Of a DNA stretch of 64,000 nucleotides, positions 13,617-27,250 are shown piece after piece (the first letter of the stretch is position 1; every line of letters begins with the position of its first letter). A model generated the notes under the pieces. That model saw only the letters and a program-made list of their open reading frames with translations. It did not search any database and was not told where the DNA came from. Both the position numbers and the translations under genes were made by a program. This DNA is from Chlorokybus atmophyticus (lineage: Eukaryota; Plantae; Mesostigma and Chlorokybus algae), in the NCBI GenBank assembly GCA_009103225.1, contig RHPI01000277.1:518074-582073 (forward strand), in the 5' to 3' direction.

Positions 13617-14571
13617 TTACACAGTACACTCGACTACTGCTATATCCGGGCATTCTGGCTCTTGATACGGGAGGCGCGTAGCATATGGCAAGGCCTGCAC
13701 GTATGTCTTGGTCAGCCAACCACTATGTATGTATGTATTCACTTGCAATATTCAGCAGGTAGCTTGGCACCAGCGGCACTTACCTGCAATGTGTCATCGG
13801 TCTCGGCTGTCGGGTGTGTGAGCGTGCACATAGACGGGCGAGTCCTCATCTTTCTGCCAACCCACGAGCATTGCGCTTGTTAGCCACAGCATCGCATGCA
13901 AGTGTTCTGCAACACCCAACGGCAAGCTGCAGCAGAGCACATGACACAATCAACAAAAGACTCACGGGTATTCGGCGGATGACGGTGCCGTCATCATACA
14001 CCTCAAACCCGGCCATTGTCGCCAACGACTTGAGGAGCTCAAAATTCGTGCTTCCATGCAATCCCTGCAAGTTGTATGTTCATCAGATGTGCTATACAAG
14101 AGTCCTGGTTGAAAGTGTACAAGCCATGTGTACACGTGCGTGCGTGTAGACAGCACTCACATGGGCTCGCAGCGAGGAGTAGAACCGCGTGAGCACTGCA
14201 CGGCGTTGGGCTTCCCTGTCGCGCCGAACCTCGCGGTCCCCAAGGGCTTTGCTGTTGCCGATTTCGCCGGTGTTCCCCCTGTCGCTGGTGTTCCCGCCTC
14301 CTCCGCTGTTGCTGTTATTGTTGTTGAGGTTGTTGTTGGAGGGTACGTGGGCAAGGACCACATGCTGCTGTTGCTGAGCCGCCGCAGCCGCGGCCGCAGC
14401 CGCGGCTGCAGCCTGCTGCTGTTGCTGCTGCTGTTGTTGATGGTGAAGTGCCAGCTGGTGAGACAATGGCGTCAACGCCGGATGCACATTGCCCCACCCG
14501 CCCCCGCCCCCGCCGTGCCCGTGGTGGTGGTGGTCAGAGTGAAGCAACACGCTGTCTGCACCTCCCCTCAT
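13617..14571 (-). CDS. BZR1/BES1-family DNA-binding-domain protein with poly-His/Gln/Ala/Asn N-terminus
   Basis: The spliced sequence RDREAQRRAVLTRFYSSLRAH|GLHGSTNFELLKSLATMAGFEVYDDGTVIRR aligns by eye with the BES1_N consensus RRRAIAAKIYxGLRAxG...DNNEVLKALCxEAGWxVExDGTTYRK. The exons after the domain and the stop position are tentative. Confidence 0.75.
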
Positions 14572-16266
14572 CCCCTCACCTGGTGCGCGCATGCATGTGC
14601 GTCACGTATTGCACAACACCGCAATCGTAACAACCTTCACGCACACGCACAAGCACAAACATGCTCGCATGGCAGCGCATGCTCAGGCACGCACATTCAT
14701 GCAACCGCGCGCACGGCAGCATACGCATAGACGCGCGCGTGTGCATTCACACGCACACGCGCGTACACATATGCAATCGCTTGGAGCCTGCCGTGCCTTC
14801 CTTACAAAGACCTAAGCAAAGTGTTGATTGAACAGCACGCCTGTGCGCGCATATGTGTGTATACGCCTCATGTTTAGCCTCTACTCTAAGACCGCAATCG
14901 AGACCGAGAGCTTACCATGCGCATATGCCGTGCACCGTTAAGGAGGCACCTCATACATGTATACTACTGCAACATCTACACCAACAGCAACTAGAAACGA
15001 CAAAAACCAACCCCAGCACGTACCAATCATCGCGTGCATCGCGTTGTTCTCATCGGCCCTGATCGTCCATAGCTTAAGGCTCTCGTGCGGCTTCATGGTT
15101 TTGGGGTGAGGTAGGGGACTGTCTTGTTGGTTTCCCTCTCCACTCCTTTTCTGAACTAACCTACCAGCTTCCAGCGGATACCACTCAATGATAAACCCTC
15201 TACTGAGTCAGCTATCCGCACAATAAACCAACCTACCTAACGCTGCATTGCAGCAGCAAACTCAACATCAAAGTTGGCGACTTATATACAGCAACAGTCA
15301 GCAGCTCCTCCGGAACTGAACTAACCGCGGCAGTAGTGTGTCAATCGCACGCTCACTGTGATTGCACTGCTGCAGTGAATTAACCTACCTCCAATAGTGA
15401 ACGGACTGCACTACTTGCGTGACTGATCTACTACAAGAATGACCCAAAGAGAGAAGACTGAATCCAGTCTATCGCTGGGAAAGCCAGCACGCCAACGTCG
15501 TTCCAGACGTGGTTGACACCTCCCTCGTCTCCGCATACGCCGGACACTGTCGCTGCCGCCACCGCCGTGACCACCGTCGCCCTCACCACCACCTCCGCCG
15601 CCAGCCACCACAACAACCAGTAGCAGCATCAAACTGTCTGTTTTCCACAGCGAGGCGTTTTATTTTGGGGGCTTACGCCGTGGAGCGTTTCCTTTCCTGT
15701 TGTGTTTCTCTCTCTCCCCTTCGTTGAGCTTTATTTGGGAGATTTCTAATGAGGAATAAACTGCTAGGCACGTGCCTTGGGATAATACTGATATCAACTA
15801 TTTTATCGATAGCTGGCGTCGTGGTGATATCCACGGTGTGTCGGTGGAGGGGCTTGATTGTCGATGGAAAATGTCAGATGGCGGGAAGTAGTGTGGCAGC
15901 GCGGCGGACGTGGCGGTGACGTCAGCGGTCGGTGGCTGTCGCCACGTGGATTAGCAATGGAGTGCAGTGTGGCTGTAACCGTAAGCGCTGACACCTCCAG
16001 TGTGTCGCTCTGCGACAAGTGTGTTAGCGTTAGCCGCCGCCGCCGCCTGGTGGTTGTCGTCTTTGTCTGCGTGGGCGCGGGGCGGAGGTTAGTGCATATA
16101 AGAGGTGGTGGGTGAGGGTGGTGTGCGCGGTGGGCGTGGTGGGGAGAACGGCCGTTTGTCAGGATGCTGGTGAGCGGCTAGGGCTGCAGCTAAGCTGCTT
16201 AGGGTTTGACGTGGTGGCCAGGCCGTGGCCCTGGTGGAGCGGCTGCTTGGCTGAGGCGGATAAAGC

Positions 16267-18941
16267 ATGGAACTAGGGGCGGCGTACGTGGCGCGGCCAC
16301 GCATCCTGGTGGTGGCTAGGCGGACCCTCAGGAAGAACAAGAACGTAGATTTCGTGGGAGAGTACCACTTGGACCTCATACTCCGCTTTGGCGCCGTGCC
16401 CGTCATCGTCCCCCGCCTCCCCCTCGCCTCCTCCGTGCTTGAGGCCTATTTGCCTCTCCATGGTCTGCTGGTCGTCGAGGGGGAGGACATCGACATTGAG
16501 GTACATACTCTTTGCTTATTAGCAGCACAGCGCTGGTCTTTGCCTCACTTTCTTGGGTTCCAGTTCCAGTCAGCTGGTGGCCTTTAGACATGCTTAGGCA
16601 CGCTTGCCACTATTTGCGGCGCTCTATTGCCTGGGGTAGAGTTGTACCTCAACAGAACATTTGCACTATTGCTGTCGGCAGTTGCATACAAACTGTGTCG
16701 AGAAGCTTCCTGTGACAGACGTTGTGCATGACACATGCTCTTTCATGGCTACTTACTAGTGAACGGACAGCTGTCCCACAACAGACCGCTGGCAGTCCCA
16801 CGCAGAATTTAATGCCCTTATAAACATGTATATACGAAAATGAAAGATGGTAGAGTTGTCATTGAGTCGGTTAAGGTGGTGCTAATTGTGATGTTAACTA
16901 GTTGCATGCGTTGCTGTTTGTGTGCAGCGTTCAGCCCTCAGTTTATGACATGCTCTCAGCGTACTGTATGATGTGCTTGTATGCTGGGTGGTCATGGTTG
17001 CTGTGTATGGGGTCTGCAGGTAGCGGAGAAGCTCGGCTACAGCGTCTATGAAAAGGACCAGGTAATGGACCCTGAGATAGCGCGCAAGATGAAGGAACTC
17101 CACCCGTCCGACACGGAACACGATCCGTCAAAAGACGAGCTGGAGTTTGCACTTGCCAAGCGCTGTGTGCAGAAGGGCATACCTTATCTTGGCCTATGCA
17201 GGTATAGCCATCCGCACTCTGCCGTGTATTATCTGTTTTGTTTTCACATATAGTACTAGTCACTGATGGTGCATGTGAACTCGAGGCCACCGCCGTGGTA
17301 TAATTACAGACTAACTTGCTGCTGTCGTGCACAACGTCTAAGCGTGCGAACTTTGTTTGTTTGCTAGAGGATCGCAGTTGCTCAATGTCATAATGGGCGG
17401 CACGCTGTATGCTGATGTCGAGCTGGAGGCTAACGCTATACCCCATATCGACTATAACAATTACGATGGCTACCGCCACCCCATCAAGATTGTGCCAGGG
17501 ACACCCATGGAAGCGTGGTTTGGGCGCCAGGTATGTTGTTTGTTAAGCGCATTATGTTTTATCTTTATGAATGCAAAAGCCAACTACATTTGCCTGTCTT
17601 GCACAGGAAGCTTTGCCTGTGAACTCGTATCATCACCAAGGCGTTAGGAGGTTGGCGCCCGGGCTCAAGCCTATGGCTTACTCGCCTGACGGGCTGCTTG
17701 AAGGGTTCTACAATCCTTCGCAGAAGTTCCATGTTGGTTTGCAGTTCCATCCGGAGCGCATGCTGGACGAGCACCCGGGCGGCTATCTATTATATGAAGC
17801 ATTTGTCAACGCTACGCGCGATTATCATCGTCGGCAGCTGCGCAGACAGTTGCAGGTGCATATTTGTTGTTTCCAGATCCAGCTTTATTACATGTGCATG
17901 TGATGCACATGAAGCTTAGGGTTGCGGATTGACAGCAGCCTGTCGTCATGAACATGTCTGAGCGAGTGACCATGCAGGCGCTGGCCCGGTTCCATGCATC
18001 ACCAATGGCGCCAATAGACGCCGGTCACGTGGAATACAGGCAGATGTTGATGAATACGGAGGGCACGGTGCGGGGGAACAATCTATCCATGTTTGCGAGG
18101 GCGAGCGGAGGCAACCATAATGCCAGGCCCGATCAAGCCGCCCCAGCATGCTCACAGCAAGTAGTGTTTCCCAACGATGAGAGCACAAAGCCTTCTCAAA
18201 ATGGAGACGCACATGCGCCTTCCCGCAAGCTCGTAAAGTCCAGGTCGAACTTGGAGCTGGCGAACAGACTTCGGCTGGACATCACAGACAACCCTCAGGC
18301 TGTCATGCAAGTTCCTGACTCGGACAAGAGTGTGCGCGCTACTACCCCGACCATCGCATCCATTCCTGAAGCTTCACCCGTAACATTTGAGGTGAGACGG
18401 TTTAACCTCCTTTCATTGAGTCGAATGTGTGAACCGAGGCTTGTGGAGTTTTGAAACTGAGATACGATTGGGATTGTGCCTTCCAGCAGTCCACAGTGCC
18501 ATTTACTCCTGGCACTCATAGCATTACGCCAACTCCGCTGAAAGAGCGCAGCAGGGTTTCAAAGGACAGCATCCGCAGGTTGGCAGCAACCCACTAACTG
18601 GCATACGTATGAACCAACATCTGGCTGCGTTTGCTGTGGCATTGCAGCTTGTCGCTGAAGTCGTGTGCTTTCTCATGCTGGTTTCCTCACACAGGCCGAT
18701 GGGCTCAAGTTGGAGTCATGTGACGCGCATGTTGGGTTGGCAACGAAAAGGGTCGTCGTACAATTACACGCTTGATGGGTTGGCGCTTGAGCAGTCAGAA
18801 GACCAACAGTGGAGGGACCAGAAGAGGTACGCTGACGCCATCGGCATATCCATCCATGGCGGCTCACGCTACAAGCAGGTGAAGGCAAAGCAAGACATGA
18901 CAAACAACCGGCCGGTCAGTGCTGAGAGAGACACTCGATGA
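16267..18941 (+). CDS. Class I glutamine amidotransferase / peptidase C26 (GAT1_2.1-like, gamma-glutamyl hydrolase family)
   Basis: [44 protein letters not shown]|RGSQLLNV (nucleophile Cys), NSYHHQG and GLQFHPE (His-Glu). The long C-terminal extension and the stop are tentative. Confidence 0.9.
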
Positions 18942-19602
18942 TGCGTGGCACTAGGTGATGGGTGGTTGCGCAAATCCCACCATGTATAATATATACATTG
19001 CGTTCTGCGGCAGTACGCTGCAGCATGGCAGTGCTGGTCACAGCACCTGCCATCATTTTTGTTTTCTTTGGGGTGTAGGTGGGTTGACATTGGGCGATAA
19101 GTCGTTTGAGCATTGCTTGAACAGTTTAACAAATAACCGTATGTTTGTGCTGCCTTTCATTCGTCCAGTCAAGGACACCGATAAGGACTGATTTAGTATG
19201 TACACATATTACACATGCTACCGCAATGGTTGTTCAGCCCGAGATGTCACTTCCCATCAAACACAAGTGATGATTGCATTACTGAATGTAGTGCTGAAGC
19301 TAGCCCGATTCAGCCTATTTCAGTCTAAAATCAGTGCAAAGCATGCGCCACATGTGTAAACATAACCAACATGTCACCATCATTTGCAAGTTACAGCCTA
19401 TAACAAGTGTCACCAAATATCAATGCGGCACATGTTGCATTGCTGGCTGTTAATATTGTTGACATAGTTGGTAGTCAACACATGTCGATGGTAACAATTG
19501 TGGCATCAATGAAACATGCATGCTACCAATGCCCAACACGTTGCATGAGCATATACCGTGTTTGTGCGAATACAACCCTTCCTCGCAAACATACCCCCCC
19601 CC

Positions 19603-19823
19603 NNNNNNNNNNNNNNNNNNNNNNNNNNNNNNNNNNNNNNNNNNNNNNNNNNNNNNNNNNNNNNNNNNNNNNNNNNNNNNNNNNNNNNNNNNNNNNNNNN
19701 NNNNNNNNNNNNNNNNNNNNNNNNNNNNNNNNNNNNNNNNNNNNNNNNNNNNNNNNNNNNNNNNNNNNNNNNNNNNNNNNNNNNNNNNNNNNNNNNNNNN
19801 NNNNNNNNNNNNNNNNNNNNNNN
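19603..19823. other. Assembly gap (N run)
   Basis: Run of n. Confidence 1.
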
Positions 19824-20816
19824 NTGCGCACTAACGGGGAACATTATTATGTAGCACATCAATGTTGCTATTGTAAATAACTTCCGCGTTCTACGAATAC
19901 ACAAGATTACTTCACATAATGGGTGCTATATGATGTATTCCATAGCCATAATTTAGCAATAAAATTGTTGTTCGGGATTGAAGCTTGAACACGTGTGATA
20001 AAATTGCACAATAAACGTGCCAAATGAAACACGTTCGTTAATGACGCCATCTCTCCCCCCTTGGTGCATTGGGGGTGGGTGAAGGAGGTTCATAAACATG
20101 TTTTATAAAATCGTGAGTTACATGATAGATTACAAGCTACAACGTGTAGGATTAACGCGGGTCGTAGTCTACAACTACAACCGCACCATGGGAAATGGCA
20201 TTGGGCTATTCATGATGATCGTGTGGATGCATCCATGGCATTCACTCTTCCGGAATACATCTCTCTCGAGAGTCTGGAGTCGAGACCCTCTCTCCGTTCG
20301 TTACGGAGCGGAGTACCTGCTTGCTAGGACCTACAGTAGGACGATTCCGCGAGCCATCAAGTGTCACCATCAATGTGTCACGTGACACGCGCACAGAAAA
20401 TCTCTTGCTGCCTTTATATTTCAGCATTGAGCGTTGACCTCTCTCTCGCGCCTAACGTGCTACCGAAACGAAGCAAGTGCTTAGTTCCCTTCGCATGGGC
20501 TGGCTTGCATCACGTTAGCGTGACGTTTCCTGGAGTCCAGTCCTAGTCCTACTGTCCGTACCAGGCCGAAGCCTGGGCGGCGAGCACCAGACCAGACCAG
20601 ACCAGAGCGGTGACTGGACTGGACTGGACTGCAGACGAGACGGGTGGCGGGACGAAACGGGACTAGGCTGCACAAGGTGTAGGCCGGAGTAGGAGGTGTG
20701 GTGTTAAACTAGTGTCACATGGTGAATGTGTGAGACTGTGTGAGAGTCATGAGGCTACAGCAGAGGCCAGGCTAGGCTAGGCTCAAACGCAACATAGTAC
20801 AGAGACACGCACACAC

Positions 20817-20819
<3 letters not shown>

Positions 20820-20864
<45 letters not shown>
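20820..20864. repeat. (GA)n microsatellite upstream of the vasohibin ATG
   Basis: Uninterrupted agagag... run. Confidence 0.95.
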
Positions 20865-20867
<3 letters not shown>

Positions 20868-20891
20868 ATCTAAGATTTTGTCAGTTAAGTT

Positions 20892-23031
20892 ATGACAAGT
20901 ACGGAGCAGGATGAGTCTAGCAGTAGTACCGCTGCCACAGCAGTAGTGACAGTCCAGCCCAAGGCCAGGCCACCGCCGCTCCCTCCTCCCGGGGGCAAAT
21001 TGGGCATGCACGTCAGGATAAAGATGATACAGCAAGTGAGCAGCGACTTGTAGTGCTTACAACCACACACGTGTGCGCACGCACTCACCGTGTATGCACG
21101 TGCGCACGCTCATACAATGATGCACACGCACACGGGCGCGGGCGCACTCATGTCGTTATAAGACCAACAGTAGTATCCCCTACAGTACATATCCGCGATG
21201 ACGTACAACCATGCGGGGCCCGTGCACTTCAACATCGCGAAGAAACGAACCGTAGCTCGCCTGATGGACACCGCACGCCAGGTACAAGATGAGACAGACA
21301 GGCACTTCTCACACCAACATGTACTTGTATTATTATTATATTATTATATTATATTATTATTATTAATCACATGCATGCAACGCTGCAGATAGTGAAGCGG
21401 TGCGTGCCGATCAAGTGCGTGGAGGCCGTCTTCGCGGCGCTCTACCTGACCGCGGGCGCCGGCAACGACCTCGACCGCATCCCCCTCGCGTTCAAAACAC
21501 GCGCCAACCTCAACAACCAAGCAAGCATACCCTGTGCTTCCCTCACTGATTTGTTTGCAACCGGTCCAACACACACATGCACACGCGCGCAACAATATAC
21601 ACATCAGCCTCCCCCGCAACTGAGCCAAAGCACGCACACACATGCGGGCGCACAAGCGCATACGACTGAACCATCTTGGTGTTTCAGGTGTACAGGCACT
21701 TGGTGCTGGCCCTGCGTCACCGTTCCCAGTGGGGCGCCTTGGGCCACAGTCGCGACCCCGGCTTGGGCGGCAGGGACTTGGGTTTCCTGACCGGTGGCGA
21801 CGGTGATGTGTCCGGTGGGGAGACTCCCCCCTCGGGGAGTCTCTCGCAGCTCGTGGAGGATTACAAGAGACGGTATGAAGAGGCGGGACACCGGGTGCTG
21901 GCGGTGCGGATTGGTTTGCCGGTGAGACAAGGGAGGGAGGGAGTGTGAGAATGTGCGAGCATGTGTTGAACATCTTTGCACAGGTGGAGCACGATCTGCA
22001 CAGTCCGAGGCCCGTCTGCTGGCGCCACCTGTCGCTGTCGGTCCCGCTCGACACCGTCAAGTGGGAAGAGTGCTGCAGGACCATTGACGAGCACGCTGCT
22101 CACGCCCGCCGCCTCGCAGAACGGTATGTGTACGTCCATACGTTTGCATACGCGGTGGAACATGTACACATATGTCACGTGCTTAGACATAGACGCAGGC
22201 ACACGGTGTGCGTGTGCGTGCGTGTGTGCGCGCGTGCCGACACGTGCAAACGTGCGTCACATACTCAGACACTTAAACGTACGCCCAAAAGCACCCACGC
22301 ACATACCAAACAACATTCAGGAAAAGGAGACTATTTTTCAAACTCTCACTTTGAGCAGATGGCTTCTGACCAATGGGCAGGAGCCTCTCCCAACCCGCGC
22401 AGAGTCCGCTTCATCCTCGACGTCGATGATAGCTCCCACCCCCTCGCTGTTGCCTGAGAAGAGGGCGCCACACACGGCCACCATCAACACCAACAAAATC
22501 AACACCAACAACAACAAGCCGGGTGTAATAGCCAAAGCCCGCACCGCACTTACAAACTCCCAAGAGAGCGGCGTGTCCACTTCTTCATCATCGTCGTCTG
22601 CATCAAGAGTTGTGCTCGCAAAGAGGCGAAGGAGGGTGAGCGACAACAGCAGTACTGGCGAGGAGAAGGCTGGAGGCTGCATGAACATCAAGAACAATAA
22701 CAACAACATCAACAAGAGGGCTGTTAGCAATGCAAACAGAGGTAACAACACCAACCTTGCCAAAGCTACGGTCACTAGCAGCAGCAGCAGCAGCAGCAAG
22801 GTGACCAGTGTACCCCCTGTGAACGTTGTGTCGGCCCCGCCGAAGAAGAAGAGGAAGAACGCTAGTCGGAGGGTGTCGCAGGACTCGCCACGATGTCCGA
22901 GACTGCCATGTGCAACAGCGACAATAACAGCAACAACAGCAACACCCATGACGGGTATGCCACGCCACTGCGAGTCTCCCGCGCTCGTGCAGATCAAAGT
23001 GCCCTCATCGCCGCTTCTGGTGGCGCACTAG
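20892..23031 (+). CDS. VASH: Vasohibin-family tubulin tyrosine carboxypeptidase
   Basis: Spliced protein IKMIQQ|YISAMTYNHAG...|IVKRCVPIKCVEAV...RIPLAFKTRANLNNQ|VYRHLVL...WGALGHSRD...SLSQLVEDYKRRY...RIGLP. It matches the VASH motifs LQYNH, PIKCLEA (Cys), FRHIVL (His) and GALGMSR (Ser), and has a low-complexity basic tail. Confidence 0.85.
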
Positions 23032-23790
23032 AAAGGCCTGTGATGGGTCTCTGTTGAGCTTCAGTAGGAAACAGCACTGGCAGGATAGGACTACGACTAC
23101 TCGAGGTATATAGGCGGTAAGCATACGTAGCCTACCGGGTAGCCTTGGAGCACTAATATCACTGATAGTGACAACACAGTGAGTGATAATAGCCAACATC
23201 ACATGCCTTGGATGCAGTGAGACTACAATTGGCAATCAATTGCACTGTTACCTTGATGACAGTAGCTTAGATAGAGGGATCAGTTCTTGAACTGACACCA
23301 AACACTTTGCCATCGCATCCCATAGGTCTGCATGCGCACATGCCTGACACAATGCAGCAGCGACCACACACGCCTGCTCACTCACAAACCTATGCCTGCG
23401 CGGTGGGAGGTATTGGCATGTACGTGTGTGCAAGCGTGGGCACGCACACACAGGGCAGTATCCCAATTTCAGCAGGAGTTCCGACAGGAGGAACTCGGGC
23501 GAAGTGCCATCCTCTCAAAAGAAGCTGGCAACACAAGCAAAACCGCCAAAAGAAGTTAAGACTGCCACTCCTTGCCATGTTACCTCGAACATCAGTGGCC
23601 GCAAGAACTGAATGCTGGCTCAGAACTCGGCTAACTCTACAGCTTACGCAACATCATCTGATCTTACAGTATACACAAACGCATCTGCAGTCACAATCTG
23701 TTTATCTGCAGTACCTCCGCAACTGTGTTGGTTGCTTGCTACAACTACACTACATGTGCATCAGTGGCTCTATCTTGCCACAGGATGACT

Positions 23791-26175
23791 CTACCGCAGT
23801 TTGCGAACTGGTTGAGGCCTGCTAAACAGGTCCTCGACTTGCGCAGCACTCATGCCAAATTTCTCCAACAGGGCCTTCTCTTCATCCGTGAACAACGCTA
23901 CAATGGCTTTCTCCTCCTTCTCAAGCTCCCTGCAGGCACAAACAAAGGTCAACGAGAAACCAGAGCTGGCACTATGCACTCAACTAATCATACAACAGCT
24001 ATTGCATACATGGTCACGGTAACATCACTAACGCAGCTTACCTGACAAGAAGCTGCTCGTCCTTTTCTAGCTCCATTGCAATCTTCTTCCCGAAGCGAAT
24101 GAAAAACGGCAGCTGTGGCTTGCAGGAGTTGTCGGTCTCTATAAACTTGTCGTAATCTAGGCCCACGTTCTTGGCTTGCTCCCTCAAAGCAGGTCTGACG
24201 CTGTCCGGCACGGTTTTGCTCCTGGTGTAAACCACAGCTCCACCATAACCGTCCCTGACATGATAAGGACACATGCCAACCGTTTGCATCTGCTTGCTCA
24301 ATGCATGCCTTTTCCAGTTTGTACTAACAACACTTCGACATTCGCACTGTGCACCGCAGTGTGCTTACCATGCGTCATTTCTGCCCTTGTAGTACACAAA
24401 AATGTAGTCATCTGGCTTGCCTTCTGTTTGAGACCCAATGATGTACCTGCAATCCATTGGAAAGGGAGATGGGCTCATGTTGTTATCTGGTAGCACATAA
24501 GTCTGGTTGCAAATGATTACAATGCACGTCGGCCACAAGCATACCAGTCGTCTTCATAATGGAGAAACTCGTTGTTGTGGTTGTACAAAACTCCTGGCCT
24601 TGATGGGTCTTGCACAAACCGTTGAACGGCAGAGCGCGTGAAGAATCCTCCGTCAGGAGTATCGATTCTCCAGGTCAGATTGCCCACAACCGCCGGGCTA
24701 CACACACATACTTGATGAGCTGGAAAACATGCATAACACTGGCAAGGCATGCAGCATGCAATATAAACTCACTTGTTCTCTTCGGGGTTGAACTCGTGAA
24801 GCTGGCAATCAAAGACATCAAACGTGGGGTTTTGGCCACTGCTTATATACCACTTCCCATTGAACTTGCTCATGTCGAATTCAGGGACGAGAGCGGTAGG
24901 TGGTGGCACTGGGTACAGATTTTCATCCGGTTTCTGCAGGTGGTCATACACAAGTCACGCTGTGTTGCATGTGAGACAGACAAACATAGAAACTGATGCG
25001 GTTGATTGTTGAAGGAACACACACATACCTGAGGCACGCACTTCTTGTCTGAAACTGCGCACTTGTTGAATTCATCTACAACTTTGTTCTCAAAGAGATC
25101 TCCGCATTTGATCTGCGACAATTATTGTCAACACATTGCTGCAACCCCTCAACACGCAGCAGCTACTGCATACCTGGCACTCTGTTTCATCCGGCCTGTC
25201 GTTGCATGTCTGTAAGCAGGCAATGTTGGCAGCGCACTTGACATCCCCTAAACACCTCGTAAACTCAGCTCTGTGGGGTGGAAACACGTGTCAAGCCAGC
25301 AGCCAAACAGCATGTTAATACTGCGAGCGAACTGATAAGCAGCAAAGGAGCTCACACCTGCACTCCTTCAGCAGACATGTGCAAGTTTTCAACACATCTG
25401 CAGCTTGTGCGGTAGGCGCGAAAGCAATTGCAGCTGCAATGAGCGCAGTGGCAGCAGTCCTAGACGCTGCTTGTTGCCAATCTCTACCCAACACGTGCAA
25501 CAGGCTTGCGCGGGGCTCTCGTTGCTGCTCTGGTTGTTCGGATGGCTGTGAACTGCTTGCAACACAAATGGGTGCTGCACACGCACCGCAAGTGAGAACA
25601 ATTTGGGTTTGCGTCCTCAAGTTCTTGAGGTATTGTCACTAGAGCTGTGAAGGTACTGCGCTTGACACTCAGTACACACAGCACAGCGACGTGTGTGAGC
25701 TTGCACACAATATGACGGCCACTCAACGTACGACAAGCTTGCATGCAGCACTCAGCTCGTTGCTTCTTGGTGTCACGGAAGCCAATTACACATGCCAGCT
25801 GCTAGCGATGTCTAGCAGGCATAACCTACAGTTGCAAAACTGGTAGAAGCCAACGAACGTCTCAAGAAATATTCTTTTCAGTACTTTGATGCATCAATCA
25901 AGCACCACGTTCAGTGGAAATGCACGGACTGCAGGCTGTGTGGCGTGCAAGGACGACAGCTTAGGCCACCACCGGATGTGCGCATGCACAACTACCACAT
26001 ACCCATTGACAAGCGACGCCACAAGGATAAACACCATACCTGCACGCGGTTGAGGCCTTCGCTTGGGAGCAGTGAAGCTGCGGCGCTCAGGAAGAGGACC
26101 AGCGCCACCAGCCAGAGGCTTTCGCACCGCAGACGACGGCGGCGCGAGCAGCGCCATGCACATCGTCCCAGACAT
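23791..26175 (-). CDS. VDE: Violaxanthin de-epoxidase (plant type), multi-exon
   Basis: Bipartite-like targeting peptide ending AQA; Cys-rich domain ([32 protein letters not shown]); lipocalin core ([49 protein letters not shown]); Glu-rich tail ending PVRKLR. Confidence 0.95.
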
Positions 26176-27250
26176 AGCTGAACCTGGAGCTCAACAGGCA
26201 CGACTGACACTACCACCGCCCTCCACCTCCGCCACCGCCCACACCGGCGCCAACCACTACCAGTCTATCTGCTTTGATCTCTCAGCTGCAATCAAGCACC
26301 AGTGTCCAGGCAGCTGCCCCTCCGCGACGATCGCATGCCATCCGCAGCGCGCGACACCGGCCAGCCCTAATCATCGCGAGCATACAGCGGCGGTTACACT
26401 AACCACCGCGATAGTTCAAAAATTGCTTTTCGCCTCCGCTAGAACCCTGGTTCGAGCCGGACTATTTGTGTACCGTTCTCGGCTACTCTGTAACGGATGT
26501 CTGGTTAGAGTGCTGGTTAGAGCGGAAGCTGTGGGTGCATTAGCGCAGGTAACGGAGCTTACGTGTGTGCTGAAGCATCAGCTTTTTGAGCTGCCAGCTG
26601 GCAGTCTGCTGCGCATTGAGCTGCGCTTTAGTCCAAGCGTGTAGCCGTACAAGGTGTAGGGTTTGTTGGGCACAGTGGCACACAGTGGTTTCTATTACGT
26701 TGGCGAGGGCCTACAATGGAGCAGGCTCAGCCTACGTCGGCTGCGCTTCTGAGGGTTTGCTGCTTTGCATGGGATAGGAGGAGCTAGCGCAAGGCGAAGG
26801 AAGCTGCTGCAAGCCAGCACTGGGATCTTGCAACGAGGTAAGTTTAGGCTCTTGGTGCTGCTCAATGCTGGTGCTGGGGATTGCATGCTGGTGTTTGCAT
26901 ACGCACCATGAAGAATGCAAGGCGTTCAAAACTAATTTGTCCATGAGTGAGGCTGGTAAGTTTGCACTGGCATTCTGTCAGCGTCAACCGTTGGTGTATA
27001 ATGTGATGTCATTATGCACCATCTCGCTGCATACAAACGTGCGGTGTACAGGATTCCCTGTCATGCAACGTATTTGCATGTAGATTCCCCGTCAAGGCTG
27101 CAGTGGTTTCCGCCGCCACACCACGATCGTTGTGTATAATGCAGTGTGCACTGGTTGTTGCACCAGGGCATTGATTGTTGACTGTAGCCAATTTCCGATC
27201 CAAATTGCAGTAAGGTAAACTCAGCATGCTTACAGGTAGCAATGGCTGTC

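Noticed and set aside
14600-14800. Alternating CA/CG/TG tracts as Z-DNA regulators
   Set aside because: Such tracts are common in introns throughout the window, so nothing specific can be claimed.
20985-21000. Frameshift in the first VASH exon at the C/G run
   Set aside because: On recounting (CCT CCC GGG GGC AAA), the frame is continuous from ATG 20892.
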